Shown here piece after piece: positions 20,055 through 30,424 of a stretch of 64,000 bases of DNA (the first letter of the stretch is position 1; every line of letters starts with the position of its first letter). Source of the DNA: an uncultured Arcobacteraceae bacterium (lineage in GTDB: Bacteria > Campylobacterota > Campylobacteria > Campylobacterales > Arcobacteraceae); NCBI GenBank assembly GCA_964022095.1, contig CAXHZO010000008.1:18729-82728 (forward strand), written 5' to 3'. The position numbers and the translations under genes are program-made. The notes below the pieces were generated by a model that made no database searches, was not told the origin of the DNA, and saw only the letters and a program-made list of their open reading frames with translations.

Positions 20055-21101
20055 ATGAGTATGAGTCAAGAAGAAATTGAAGCTTTAATGAATGGTTTAG
20101 ATATAAACGATAGTGAAGATTCAGATGAAGTAGAAGTTGAAAGTAGTAGTGTTAATACTGATGAAATAGAACAGTTATTATCTCAAACTGAAGAGATTAA
20201 AGAAGAACCAAGCCCTGAAAAAAATCATGAAGAAAAAGAAGATGGTACAGAAACTATCAGCAATGATTCAATGGATGATTTAATAAATGAAGTTAACTCT
20301 GAATCTACTACAGATTTAGTAAATAATGATGAGATTAATGATTTATTAAAAGATATTGAATTAGATGAAAATGATGATGAATCTGTCTCAGAAGATGATA
20401 TTTCAGATATTTCATTAGATGAACTTCTAGCTGAAACTACCGAGGAAATTGAGCCTAAAGAAGAACCTAAGGTTGAACCTAAAGAAGAGATTGTAGAGCC
20501 TAAAAAAGATGTAAATGAAGATGAAATAGTTAAAAATTGGACATCAAATAAAATTGAAGAGGGTGTAATCCCTTGGCCTGCAGATAATGATGACACAAGA
20601 GTTGTTAGCCAATTAAACCAAGTTGCTAATGATTCTGAAGAAAAGGTAGGTCAAATATTTGATGTACTTAGTTTATCATTAGATAACAATAATAGTTTAA
20701 GAAGTGAAATTAAGAATCTTAATACATTTTTAGAAGAAGAGAAAAAACTACTAGAATCATTAAGTCAAAAATTTCCGAATATTGGAGTGTTTAGTAATCA
20801 TTTAGCTGAAATTAGTAAGATTAATGATACTATTAGCGTAATTAACAATAACTCTTTTGAAGAAGACTCAAAGATCTATGAAGCAATGGAATTAATGCAA
20901 TTTAATGACATTAATAGACAGAAAATTGAAAGAGTAATGTCAGTAATTAGAAAATTGTCTACTTATTTAAATAGATTATTTGATGATGATGGAACTAATG
21001 GTGAAATTGCAGTTGCAAAGCATATTCATGGTGATGATACTGACGATCTAATTGGTGATGATTTAGATAAGCTTATAGAAGATTTTGCAAACAAGGAGTA
21101 A
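20055..21101 (+). CDS. cheZ: Epsilonproteobacterial-type CheZ phosphatase with acidic insertion
   Basis: MSQEEIEALM N terminus, catalytic-type MQFNDINRQKIERV (DxxxQ), C-terminal DLDKLI; next to cheY. Confidence 0.8.
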   Translation: MSMSQEEIEALMNGLDINDSEDSDEVEVESSSVNTDEIEQLLSQTEEIKEEPSPEKNHEEKEDGTETISNDSMDDLINEVNSESTTDLVNNDEINDLLKDIELDENDDESVSEDDISDISLDELLAETTEEIEPKEEPKVEPKEEIVEPKKDVNEDEIVKNWTSNKIEEGVIPWPADNDDTRVVSQLNQVANDSEEKVGQIFDVLSLSLDNNNSLRSEIKNLNTFLEEEKKLLESLSQKFPNIGVFSNHLAEISKINDTISVINNNSFEEDSKIYEAMELMQFNDINRQKIERVMSVIRKLSTYLNRLFDDDGTNGEIAVAKHIHGDDTDDLIGDDLDKLIEDFANKE

Positions 21102-21104
21102 TAA

Positions 21105-21824
21105 ATGAATCAAGGTGTATATCCACTTGCAGCCTCAATGGTTAATCAGATTAATAGATTAGACCAAATTAGTAATAATTTAGCAAATATTAATACTAAT
21201 GGTTTCAAAGAAGAAGGATTAACTGAGACTACATTTAATTACTATTTACAAAGAGCCCAAGAAGAGGGCTTTACACCCACAAAAAATAATATAGTTACTA
21301 ATAATATTCCCAAAATTGATTCAAAATATATTGAAGGTGAAATGGGACCAATTACATCTACTGGCAATACATTTGATTTTGCATTAGTTCAACCAGATAC
21401 ATTTTTCAAAATTCAAGATATGAATGGCGATATTGTTTACAGTAGAGATGGAGCATTTAAAAATCTTGACAACTTTTTAGTTGATTCAAATGGCAATAAT
21501 GTATTAAATGCTGATAATGAACCTATAGTTATAGAAGAGGGGTATGAATTAGCAATAGGTGTTACTCAAACACCTTATTCTAATTTAGAAAAAATTGGTG
21601 ATAATACTTATAAGTTAGTTAATGAAAATGACATTGAGATTTTTGAAAATAATGATGGCCTTATTCTTCAAGGTTCAATTGAAAAATCAAATGTTAATTC
21701 AGTAACAGCAATGGTTGAATTAATTGATGCACATAGAAGATTTGATCAATCTCAAAAAGCATTAAAAACAATTGATGAATTAAATGCTTCATTAATTGAA
21801 AAAATCGGGAGTAATACGAAATAA
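21105..21824 (+). CDS. flgF: Proximal rod protein FlgF-like
   Basis: SNNLANINTNGFK, YSRDGAF, EKSNVNSVTAMVELI. Confidence 0.8.
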   Translation: MNQGVYPLAASMVNQINRLDQISNNLANINTNGFKEEGLTETTFNYYLQRAQEEGFTPTKNNIVTNNIPKIDSKYIEGEMGPITSTGNTFDFALVQPDTFFKIQDMNGDIVYSRDGAFKNLDNFLVDSNGNNVLNADNEPIVIEEGYELAIGVTQTPYSNLEKIGDNTYKLVNENDIEIFENNDGLILQGSIEKSNVNSVTAMVELIDAHRRFDQSQKALKTIDELNASLIEKIGSNTK

Positions 21825-22225
21825 TGGAAGCTAGTAGTATTTCAGAAACACTTTTTAAACAATTAAACTTTAGAGGTGAAAGACAAAAAGTTATTACTAG
21901 TAATATTGCAAATATTAATACTCCTAACTACAAAACAAAAGATTTAGTTTTCGAAAATGAGTTAAATAAAGTTCAAAATACATTACAGTTATCAAAAACA
22001 AACTCTAATCATATACCTAATATTTCTTCAACTCAGCATATGAGTTCACCTAAACTTGTTGAAGTAAAAGGTTTAGAAGAACAAAATGATGGTAATAATG
22101 TGAACTTAGACACACAAATGAGTGAAATGTCTAAAAATAAAATTTTATATGATGCAATACAATCATCAATAAAAAAAGATTCAAGACTGTTTAGATCAGT
22201 TGTTGAATCATCAGCTAAAAATTAA
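21824..22225 (+). CDS. flgB: Rod protein FlgB
   Basis: SNIANINTPNYK, DGNNVNLD. Confidence 0.95.
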   Translation: MEASSISETLFKQLNFRGERQKVITSNIANINTPNYKTKDLVFENELNKVQNTLQLSKTNSNHIPNISSTQHMSSPKLVEVKGLEEQNDGNNVNLDTQMSEMSKNKILYDAIQSSIKKDSRLFRSVVESSAKN

Positions 22226-22243
22226 TTCTAGGATAAATGGTAT

Positions 22244-23962
22244 ATGGATCAACTTTTAAAGTTTGTTAATAATTTAAATACTGCACAAAGAGCAGTTGTA
22301 ATTGGAGGATTTTCTCTTCTTTTTGTATTACTTATTGGATTTTTAATTTATTCAGGAATAAAAGCAGAAGATAAAAAACTAAATTATACAATTGCATCAA
22401 ACTTAACAAAGTCACAAGTGATGCTAGCAAGTGATGAACTTCAAGCAGCTGGAATTGCTTTTTCTGTAGTTGGTAGTGGTAATAACTTAACTTTAAAAAC
22501 ATCAAAAGAGTTTATAAATATTGCTAAAATAAAACTTGTAACAAGTGAAGCAGCAACTAGTAAGCATGTTGGTTGGGAGATTTTTGAAAAATCTTCTTTA
22601 GGAACAACAAACTTTGAAAATAAAATAAAATATTTAAGAGCTTTAGAAGGTGAACTATCTCGTTCATTAGAATCATTATCTTCAGTTTTAAGAGCAAGTG
22701 TAAAAATTGCAATCCCAAAAGATACAATTTTTACAGAAAGAAAAACAGATCCTACTGCATCTGCTGTTTTATCATTAAAGCCTGGAATCTTTTTAACACA
22801 AAAGCAAATTGATGGAATAAAGAACTTTATCGCATCTGCTGTTTCTAACTTAAAAAATGAAAATATCCAATTAATTGACCAAGATGGAAATTTACTTGAA
22901 TTATCTCAAGATGATGTTGAAAATCAAAAATCATATACTCAAAACAACTACAAAGAAGAAATGGAAAAAGACTATCAAGATAAAATAGTTGATTTACTTG
23001 AACCTTTTGTTGGTGCTGGAAGAGTTGTTGCAAAAGTTACAATAGCTTTAGATTTTGTAAAAAGAGATATTCAAGAAGAAATTTACGATCCAGAAGGAAC
23101 AATTAGATCTCAACAAGTAATTGAAAATATTTCATCTTCACAAGGGGCTAATGGAGGAACTGGTGGAGTTGCTGGTGTTGATAATAATATTCAAGAGCCA
23201 GGGAATGCTGGTGGAGCTGGTAACGTTGCTTCAAATAGTGAAGGAACTAATACTGTAACAAACTATGAGATCTCAAAGAAAATCATAAAAGAAAAAGATA
23301 ATAATTATACTAATATAAGAAGAATTAGTGCTGCTGTTACTTTCGATTCTTCTGTTTTAGAAGGTGTTGATAATAGAGATGAATTTTTAGCTTCATTAGA
23401 ATCAGTAGTTCAAGATACTATTGGATATGATACAGCAAGAGGTGATAAAGTTACTGTAAGAGACTTTAAGTTCTTAGCATCTAATAATACATCAGCTCAA
23501 AAGTTAGATGATCAAGGTAATCCAATTGCTGTTGAAGAAGAGAATATTGCTGGCACTTTAACTCAAGTTAAAACTATTTTAAAAGAGTTTGGTGATTATT
23601 TTCAATATATAATTGTTGCAATATTACTTTTTGTTTTTTATAAAAAATTTATTGCAAATAATGAAGTTGTTATCTTATCTGATGGTACAAAAGTAGGGGA
23701 AGATGGGAAAGATGAGAATCTTGTAAAGGATATGCTTTCTGATTACGAAAATGAATTTGATACTCAAAGTGCTAAAGGTAGATTAAAATCAAAAGTAAAA
23801 AGTCAAATATTAAATAATATTGAAGGCTTAGATGAAGAATCAGCTGCTAAATATGAAGTATTTATTGAAGAGTTAGATAAAGAAATAAATGAAAATCCTG
23901 CTGAAATAGCAAAAATGATCGAGCTTCTATTAAGTGAAGGCGATAGTAAATTTAAGTCATAG
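22244..23962 (+). CDS. fliF: MS-ring protein FliF
   Basis: Two TM segments, GWEIF, RALEGELSRS, PTASAVL, NYEISK. Confidence 0.95.
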   Translation: MDQLLKFVNNLNTAQRAVVIGGFSLLFVLLIGFLIYSGIKAEDKKLNYTIASNLTKSQVMLASDELQAAGIAFSVVGSGNNLTLKTSKEFINIAKIKLVTSEAATSKHVGWEIFEKSSLGTTNFENKIKYLRALEGELSRSLESLSSVLRASVKIAIPKDTIFTERKTDPTASAVLSLKPGIFLTQKQIDGIKNFIASAVSNLKNENIQLIDQDGNLLELSQDDVENQKSYTQNNYKEEMEKDYQDKIVDLLEPFVGAGRVVAKVTIALDFVKRDIQEEIYDPEGTIRSQQVIENISSSQGANGGTGGVAGVDNNIQEPGNAGGAGNVASNSEGTNTVTNYEISKKIIKEKDNNYTNIRRISAAVTFDSSVLEGVDNRDEFLASLESVVQDTIGYDTARGDKVTVRDFKFLASNNTSAQKLDDQGNPIAVEEENIAGTLTQVKTILKEFGDYFQYIIVAILLFVFYKKFIANNEVVILSDGTKVGEDGKDENLVKDMLSDYENEFDTQSAKGRLKSKVKSQILNNIEGLDEESAAKYEVFIEELDKEINENPAEIAKMIELLLSEGDSKFKS

Positions 23963-23970
23963 GAAAAAAG

Positions 23971-24978
23971 ATGCCAGATCAAAATAATAATAGTGAAATA
24001 TTAAAAGGTATGTCTATGATGGACAAGGTCGCAAGATTTTTTGTTCTAATAGGAGAAGAATCTACTGTAAAAATATTTCAACATTTGCCAAAAGATTTAG
24101 TAGAAAACATTTCTACTTCTATTACTCAAATTACTTCAATAGATAAGGATGTATCTTTAGCTATTTTAGAAGAGTTTCATCTTTTTACTAGATCTAAAAG
24201 TTTTATTAGTTCTGGTGGTTATGATTTTGCAAGGGATATTTTATATAAATCTTTAGGTAAGGGTGAAGCAGATGAAGTTTTAGCTAAGCTTTCAAGATTA
24301 AAACTTGCTGCACAATCATTTTCATATTTAGATGGAATTAATCCTAAACAATTAAGTGATTTTATTAAAGATGAATCTCCTCATACAATAGCAGTAATTT
24401 TATCTCATATGGATCCAGGTAAGTCTTCAGAAGTTTTGATGCAACTTGACGAAGAGATTAGAGTTAAAGTTACTATGCAAATTGCAACAATAAAAGATGT
24501 AAGTCCTGATGTTGTTAGAACAATCTCAGTTGTTTTAGAGAAAAAACTTGAATCACTATTATCATCTATTGTAGATGTTGGTGGTGTTAAAGTTGTTGCT
24601 GATATGTTAAATAAACTTGGACCGAAATCTCAAGATATACTAAAAAATATTAATGGTATTGATACTTCATTAGCAACTAAAATAAAAGAGAATATGTTTG
24701 TATTTGAAGATTTATTAAATCTAGATACAGAGTATGTAATGAAAATATTACAAAATGTTGATACTGCTGATGTAGTTGTTGCTATGAAAAATGCTACAGA
24801 AGAAGATATGGAAAAAGTAAAAGGTGCTATGTCTCAAAGAGCTAGAGATAGATTCCTAGAAGAGTTTGAAATGCTAAATAAAGTAAAAATAAAAGATATT
24901 GAAGCAGCGCAAAGAAAAATGCTTGATGTTGCACAAAAAATGATTGAAGATGGAATTATTGATAGAGAGAGTGAATAA
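23971..24978 (+). CDS. fliG: C-ring protein FliG
   Basis: GGYDFA, ESPHTIAVIL, GGVKVVA, MFVFEDL, MSQRA. Confidence 0.96.
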   Translation: MPDQNNNSEILKGMSMMDKVARFFVLIGEESTVKIFQHLPKDLVENISTSITQITSIDKDVSLAILEEFHLFTRSKSFISSGGYDFARDILYKSLGKGEADEVLAKLSRLKLAAQSFSYLDGINPKQLSDFIKDESPHTIAVILSHMDPGKSSEVLMQLDEEIRVKVTMQIATIKDVSPDVVRTISVVLEKKLESLLSSIVDVGGVKVVADMLNKLGPKSQDILKNINGIDTSLATKIKENMFVFEDLLNLDTEYVMKILQNVDTADVVVAMKNATEEDMEKVKGAMSQRARDRFLEEFEMLNKVKIKDIEAAQRKMLDVAQKMIEDGIIDRESE

Positions 24979-25652
24979 TGGCTGATAATGTATACTCAAA
25001 TGCTAAAATTATAAATGAAAAGAATAATGTTGAAGAGTATAAGTTAGGAACATTTGTAAACTCAAATACACAAACTCCAGATGAAAATAATCAAAATTCA
25101 AATAATAATGCTGTGCTAACAACTAATGAAAATAGTATGGCAAGTGTAGAGCCTCTTTTAAATGAAATTAAGAACCTCCATTCTAAATTAGATCAAATTA
25201 CATCAAAAGTTTCAATTATTGAAAGTGAAGGTGTAAGATCAAAAGATATTGATGCACAGGTAGTTCAAGCAATAAAAGATTTAAAACATTATGCAGCTTT
25301 TTTTGAACAAGCAACTTTTCAAATGGAAACTAAGCTTTTAAAAACATCAATCTCTATTGCCCAAAAAATAATAAGTATTGAAATAGGCGAAAACTCAGCA
25401 AAAATTGCAAAACAAACTATTACACAGCTTTTAGATAAAATTAAAACAGCTTCTAAAGTACAAATACACTTAAATCCTAAAGATTATGAAATCTTAAAAG
25501 ATCAATTAAATCTAGACCCTTTAATAGAATTAAGGCAAGATCCGAATGTTACAGCAGGAGGAGTTGTTATTGCTAGTGATTTAGGTAATTTTGATGGAAA
25601 TATTGAATCAAAAGTTACCTCAATGCTAGAGACACTAGATACTGTAATTTAA
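24978..25652 (+). CDS. fliH: Export protein FliH
   Basis: IHLNPKD, GGVVIASDLGNFDG; follows fliG. Confidence 0.88.
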   Translation: MADNVYSNAKIINEKNNVEEYKLGTFVNSNTQTPDENNQNSNNNAVLTTNENSMASVEPLLNEIKNLHSKLDQITSKVSIIESEGVRSKDIDAQVVQAIKDLKHYAAFFEQATFQMETKLLKTSISIAQKIISIEIGENSAKIAKQTITQLLDKIKTASKVQIHLNPKDYEILKDQLNLDPLIELRQDPNVTAGGVVIASDLGNFDGNIESKVTSMLETLDTVI

Positions 25653-25689
25653 CAAAAATAATCTTTTTAAACTAATTTCTAAAACTTTA

Positions 25690-25698
25690 TGATATAAT
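25690..25698 (+). promoter_or_regulatory. Internal extended -10 sigma70 promoter upstream of fliN
   Basis: TGaTATAAT in a 74-bp intergenic gap. Confidence 0.6.
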
Positions 25699-25726
25699 TT
25701 AGTAAAACCAACTATAAAGTGATGAA

Positions 25727-26014
25727 ATGGAAATTAGTGAAAGAGATTATGACCTACTTGTAGATACAGAAATAACTGTAGATGTTATTCTTGGAAATAC
25801 TAATATCTCAATTTCAGACTTTTTAAAACTTAGTGAAGGTGACATTGTCTCTTTACATAAACCAGCAGGTTCTGGTGGTGATATTTATGTAAATAGTAGG
25901 ATAATTGGAACTGGAGATATAATTGTTATTGAAGATAAATTAGCTGTTAGAGTTCAAGATGCAATGGACTCTGATAATGTAATTAGATTCTTCTTTGAAG
26001 AAAACATGATTTAG
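25727..26014 (+). CDS. fliN: C-ring protein FliN
   Basis: Single SPOA domain (LSEGDIVSL, IYVNSRIIGTGD). Confidence 0.85.
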   Translation: MEISERDYDLLVDTEITVDVILGNTNISISDFLKLSEGDIVSLHKPAGSGGDIYVNSRIIGTGDIIVIEDKLAVRVQDAMDSDNVIRFFFEENMI

Positions 26015-26022
26015 GAGTTAAC

Positions 26023-26694
26023 ATGGCTGATAATATTCAAGTAAATACTACAACTGGAGTTGATGGTAATTCATACACAAATTCAATAAGTAATGATCAA
26101 TTAACAAATGAAGATTTTTTAAACTTAATGATTCAAGAATTAAAACTTCAAGATCCTACTAAACCTATGGATTCACAACAGATGCTTGCTACTCAAATGC
26201 AGATGTCTACAATTGAAACAAATCAGCAAACAATTGCTGCTATGCAATCACTTCAAACAGCTTTTAATCAAACAGCATTATCAAATGCTGCTAATATTAT
26301 TGGAAAGAATATTGAAGATGGAAATATCAATGAAAGTGGTGTTAATAAAGCATATACAGTAAGATCTGTTGAAACTATAGATGGTGAAATTCAAGTTACT
26401 GCTCAAGAAATTCTATATCTTGAAGACAAAATCATTACTAATGAAGAAAATCCAACATCAATTGATTACAATGTAAATGGTGAGATTATAGATTCTGATG
26501 GAAATCTAACAGGAGATAAAATTGCTTTAAGTAATCCTGGCCAACCATTAATTGATGAAAATGGTGAATTAGTAGTTTTAAATGAAAACAATGAACAAAT
26601 AGAACATAATTATGTATTAGCTGGTGTTTCTGGAGCAGTTTATTCAAATGAATTAACAAATATTCCATTTACAACTATATCAAAAGTTTTTTAG
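26023..26694 (+). CDS. flgD: Hook capping protein FlgD
   Basis: DFLNLMIQELKLQDPTKPMD. Confidence 0.93.
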   Translation: MADNIQVNTTTGVDGNSYTNSISNDQLTNEDFLNLMIQELKLQDPTKPMDSQQMLATQMQMSTIETNQQTIAAMQSLQTAFNQTALSNAANIIGKNIEDGNINESGVNKAYTVRSVETIDGEIQVTAQEILYLEDKIITNEENPTSIDYNVNGEIIDSDGNLTGDKIALSNPGQPLIDENGELVVLNENNEQIEHNYVLAGVSGAVYSNELTNIPFTTISKVF

Positions 26695-26703
26695 GGATCA
26701 ATT

Positions 26704-28164
26704 ATGATAGGAGCACTAAATAACGGTAAAATAGGACTTTTAGCCTTTGAAAGAGCTATTTCTGTTGAATCAAATAATGTTTCTAATACAACTACAGTTG
26801 GACATAAAGAAGATAATGTAACTTTTGAAGACTTAATTTATAAAAATGGATATGGTAAAGGTGTTGCCATACAAACTGTTCAAAAAAACTTTCTTCAAGG
26901 TAGTATTCAATTAACTAATGTAAATTTAGATGTTGCAATTGAAGGTAAAGGTATGTTTATTGTTAATGAAAGACAAACAGGAGAAACATACTATACAAGA
27001 GCAGGTAATTTTCAACAAGGTGAAGATGGATTCTTGGAAACACAAGAGCAATTCAAAGTATTAGGTTTATCACCTCAAGAAACAAATATTACTTCTACTG
27101 ATGTAAATGATACTATGTTTACAAATGATTTTTCTAACTATATTACTTCTATAGATATTTCAAATGGGCAAACAGTTTATAACCATAATGTAAAGACAAC
27201 AGATTTTTATAGTAGCGCAGTTGATGATACTATAAATGGACAAAATTATAAAACAGCAAGTTCAAAAATAAATGATGTTGAATTTTTAAGAAATGACTTT
27301 ATTAATAAAATTAAACTTTTGCAGTCAGACTTTGATGCGGTTTCTACTTCTTCAACTACACAAATTAGTGAAGTTGATTTTTCATCACAATTAAATCAAT
27401 TACAAGATGAAACAGATTTTTTAAGAGTTGAAATTGATGGGGTTGAGTATAGACAATACTTTGATACAGATGTTCAAACTACACTAAATAATTTATCTGA
27501 TAAATTATCAAATACAGAAGGTTTTAAATCTAGCATCAATTCAAATGGATTACTGACAATTGAAAGTTTAGTTCCGGGAAGCAATTTTAATATTTTTGAA
27601 GCTAATATAAATAATGAGTATATACCTGTAGTAGAAACACAAGAAGCTATTTTAGGAACAGGACTTGCTATGCTTGAAAGTAGTAGACAAGCCTTAAAGG
27701 AAGCTGTTGAGAATGCAGATGGGAAATATTTAGAGATTACAAGTGTTTTATCTTATGAAGATAAAGCTATTATTGGAAATGATGAAATTAATTTAAGACT
27801 AAATGCTTTAGGATTAGTTGAAAATACAAAAGGTGAAATTAGTATATCAAATGATGGTTTAGTATATGTTACAAATGACAATAATAAATTTTTAGTAAGT
27901 AAAATATCTACTGCTCATTTTAGAAATATGCAAGGTTTAAGTCCTGAAGGTAGTAATATATTTCAAGTTACAAATGAATCTGGTCCTGTATTAAACGCAG
28001 ATGGCTTAAATAAAGTTATTTCAAATAGTATTGAAAATGGAAACTCTTCATATAGCAGCAGTTTAAGTAAATTACTTTTTTATCAAAAAGCATTTGAAGC
28101 AAACTCAAAATCAATTAGTGTATCTGATGAGTTTTTAAATACAGCAATTCAGATGAAAAAATAG
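26704..28164 (+). CDS. flgE: Hook protein FlgE paralogue 1 (short, divergent)
   Basis: SNNVSN, DVAIEGKG, YTRAGNF, QKAFEANSKSI; follows flgD. Confidence 0.78.
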   Translation: MIGALNNGKIGLLAFERAISVESNNVSNTTTVGHKEDNVTFEDLIYKNGYGKGVAIQTVQKNFLQGSIQLTNVNLDVAIEGKGMFIVNERQTGETYYTRAGNFQQGEDGFLETQEQFKVLGLSPQETNITSTDVNDTMFTNDFSNYITSIDISNGQTVYNHNVKTTDFYSSAVDDTINGQNYKTASSKINDVEFLRNDFINKIKLLQSDFDAVSTSSTTQISEVDFSSQLNQLQDETDFLRVEIDGVEYRQYFDTDVQTTLNNLSDKLSNTEGFKSSINSNGLLTIESLVPGSNFNIFEANINNEYIPVVETQEAILGTGLAMLESSRQALKEAVENADGKYLEITSVLSYEDKAIIGNDEINLRLNALGLVENTKGEISISNDGLVYVTNDNNKFLVSKISTAHFRNMQGLSPEGSNIFQVTNESGPVLNADGLNKVISNSIENGNSSYSSSLSKLLFYQKAFEANSKSISVSDEFLNTAIQMKK

Positions 28165-28251
28165 ATGTATAGATAGACTGTCTATACATTAGAGTTTTTT
28201 TAACTTTAATGTATGGACAGAAGTTCATAAACAAAGAATAAAGGATTTATC

Positions 28252-30375
28252 ATGATAGGAGCACTTTGGACAGGTATCTCAGGATTATCGTCACAACAAC
28301 AAGCTTTAGATAATGAATCAAATAATATAGCAAATGTTAATACTGTAGGATTTAAATCTTCAAGAATATCATTTGCAGATCAGATGTATCAAGATAGAAT
28401 CGGTAAAGGTTCAAAAATACTTGATGCAGAGAAACTGTATGTACAAGGAAACTTAAAACTAACAGGTGTGTCTTATGACATGGCTTTAAGTGGTGAAGGT
28501 TTTTTCTCAGTAGCAAATACAAGGACAAGTGGAACTTCAGAAATTCTTTATACTAGAGCCGGAAACTTTAGAATGGGTGATAATGGAACTCTTCAAGATG
28601 CAGCAGGAAATGAAGTGCAAGGTTGGATGATGAGTCCCATTGATAGCCAAAATGATGTAGTAACAACAAATCCAAATGCACATGTATTTACAAATGATTA
28701 CAGTAAATTATTAAATTCTAAAATAATTAGACATGGAACATATGTAGAGACAATAACAGCAAAGGCAACAGATTATACATCAACTGCTAAATCAGACTCT
28801 GAAAGCGTATTTAGCGGAGCAGGTTTAAAAACTAAATCTGCAAAAATTTCAGATGTTGAAGCTGCAATTGCTGATTATTCTAACTGGTTACAAAAATTAA
28901 AAGATGAGCCAGATGGAGCTTCTGCTACATCAATAGGACAAGTGTCACAAATTAATTTTAAAACAGATACAGAAGGTGCAATTTCAAAAGATGGTGATCA
29001 AATCTATGTATACATAGATGGTAATAAAATATCTCAAAACTATGTACCTGTAACTACAACTGAAACAGGATTAACAACAGCTGATTTAAATGCAGATGGA
29101 AATGTTGATGCAGCGGATCAAGATATTCAAGCAAGTAGAATAGCTACATATAAAGCCTTAGCTGATAAAATATCGGAAACACCAGGATTAGTTGCATACA
29201 TGGCAGATGAAGTTGGTGGATTAGATGATGTTTTAGAGTTAGGTGATAGCTTTACTATGTCAACAGACATGGACAAAATGGCAAAAGGTATTATTGAGAT
29301 AAAATCATTAATACCAGGTCAAGAGTTTGTAATATCAGAAGTAGCTGAAGTATCAGGTAGTTCTGTAGTTCAAGGTCATTATCAAACACAAACAATAGCT
29401 CAAGAAGGTGAAGGTATTGGTGCATTAGAGTCTGCAAGAGATGCTTTATCTAGATTAATTACTGGTAAGCAGCAAGATGTATATACTTCTTCTGATTTAG
29501 GATTAACGCAAGATGGTACTGTAACTAATGATTATACATATGGTATTACTATTTATGATAATGAATTAGGTGCAACAATTCCTGTTCCAAATGATGGTGG
29601 AACGCCTCCTGTTGCATTAAATATTCATGTTAATGGTGCAACAAGTATTGATGATATTGTAGCAGCTATTAATAATACAACTTTAAGTACATTCCAATCT
29701 AATAATGGTACTATAAATGGGGTAGTTACTAATAATTTACCTGATTATATTACAGCAAAAAATATAAACGGAAATTTAGTAATTGAAACATTAGATAAAA
29801 ATTATGATGTTGAATTTACAGGTGGTATGAAAATTGCTGATGATAATACAACTGATGATGGTACTGCTTCATTAACTGCTTCTTATACTCCAATTGATAA
29901 AAATAATAACTATTCTGGAAGAAAAGGTGCAGGGGCTGAGTTTATTGAAATAGTAAACAAAGTTGATCAAACATCTTCAAAAGGAAGTTTACAATTAAGA
30001 CTTGATACTTTAGGTATTTCTGATTCTGCATTTGGTGAGTTCTCAGTTGATAATACTGGACTTATTACAATGAAACAAGATGGAGCAGATTTTGCTATTG
30101 GTCAAGTTGCAATTGCACTATTTAATAATAACAGAGGTTTAGATCCTGTTGGGGATAATTTATTATCTAAAACAACAGAATCAGGTGAACCAATTTATAA
30201 TTTAAATAACGATAAAACTGCAAAAGTTGAAGCTCAAACATTAGAGTTAAGTACAGCAGACTTAAGTGAAAGTTTAGTAAATCTTATGGTCTTCCAAAGA
30301 GCATTTGAAGCTAATGCTAAATCAATTACAACTTCTGATGAGTTGTTAAATACTTTAATTAACTTAAAAAGATAA
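28252..30375 (+). CDS. flgE: Hook protein FlgE paralogue 2 (long)
   Basis: NNIANVNTVGFK, YTRAGNF, LELSTADLSESLVNLMVFQRAFEANAK. Confidence 0.9.
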   Translation: MIGALWTGISGLSSQQQALDNESNNIANVNTVGFKSSRISFADQMYQDRIGKGSKILDAEKLYVQGNLKLTGVSYDMALSGEGFFSVANTRTSGTSEILYTRAGNFRMGDNGTLQDAAGNEVQGWMMSPIDSQNDVVTTNPNAHVFTNDYSKLLNSKIIRHGTYVETITAKATDYTSTAKSDSESVFSGAGLKTKSAKISDVEAAIADYSNWLQKLKDEPDGASATSIGQVSQINFKTDTEGAISKDGDQIYVYIDGNKISQNYVPVTTTETGLTTADLNADGNVDAADQDIQASRIATYKALADKISETPGLVAYMADEVGGLDDVLELGDSFTMSTDMDKMAKGIIEIKSLIPGQEFVISEVAEVSGSSVVQGHYQTQTIAQEGEGIGALESARDALSRLITGKQQDVYTSSDLGLTQDGTVTNDYTYGITIYDNELGATIPVPNDGGTPPVALNIHVNGATSIDDIVAAINNTTLSTFQSNNGTINGVVTNNLPDYITAKNINGNLVIETLDKNYDVEFTGGMKIADDNTTDDGTASLTASYTPIDKNNNYSGRKGAGAEFIEIVNKVDQTSSKGSLQLRLDTLGISDSAFGEFSVDNTGLITMKQDGADFAIGQVAIALFNNNRGLDPVGDNLLSKTTESGEPIYNLNNDKTAKVEAQTLELSTADLSESLVNLMVFQRAFEANAKSITTSDELLNTLINLKR

Positions 30376-30424
30376 TTTTAGACAAAGTAAGTTTTTACTT
30401 ACTTTGTTTTTTCGTAGGATTAAA

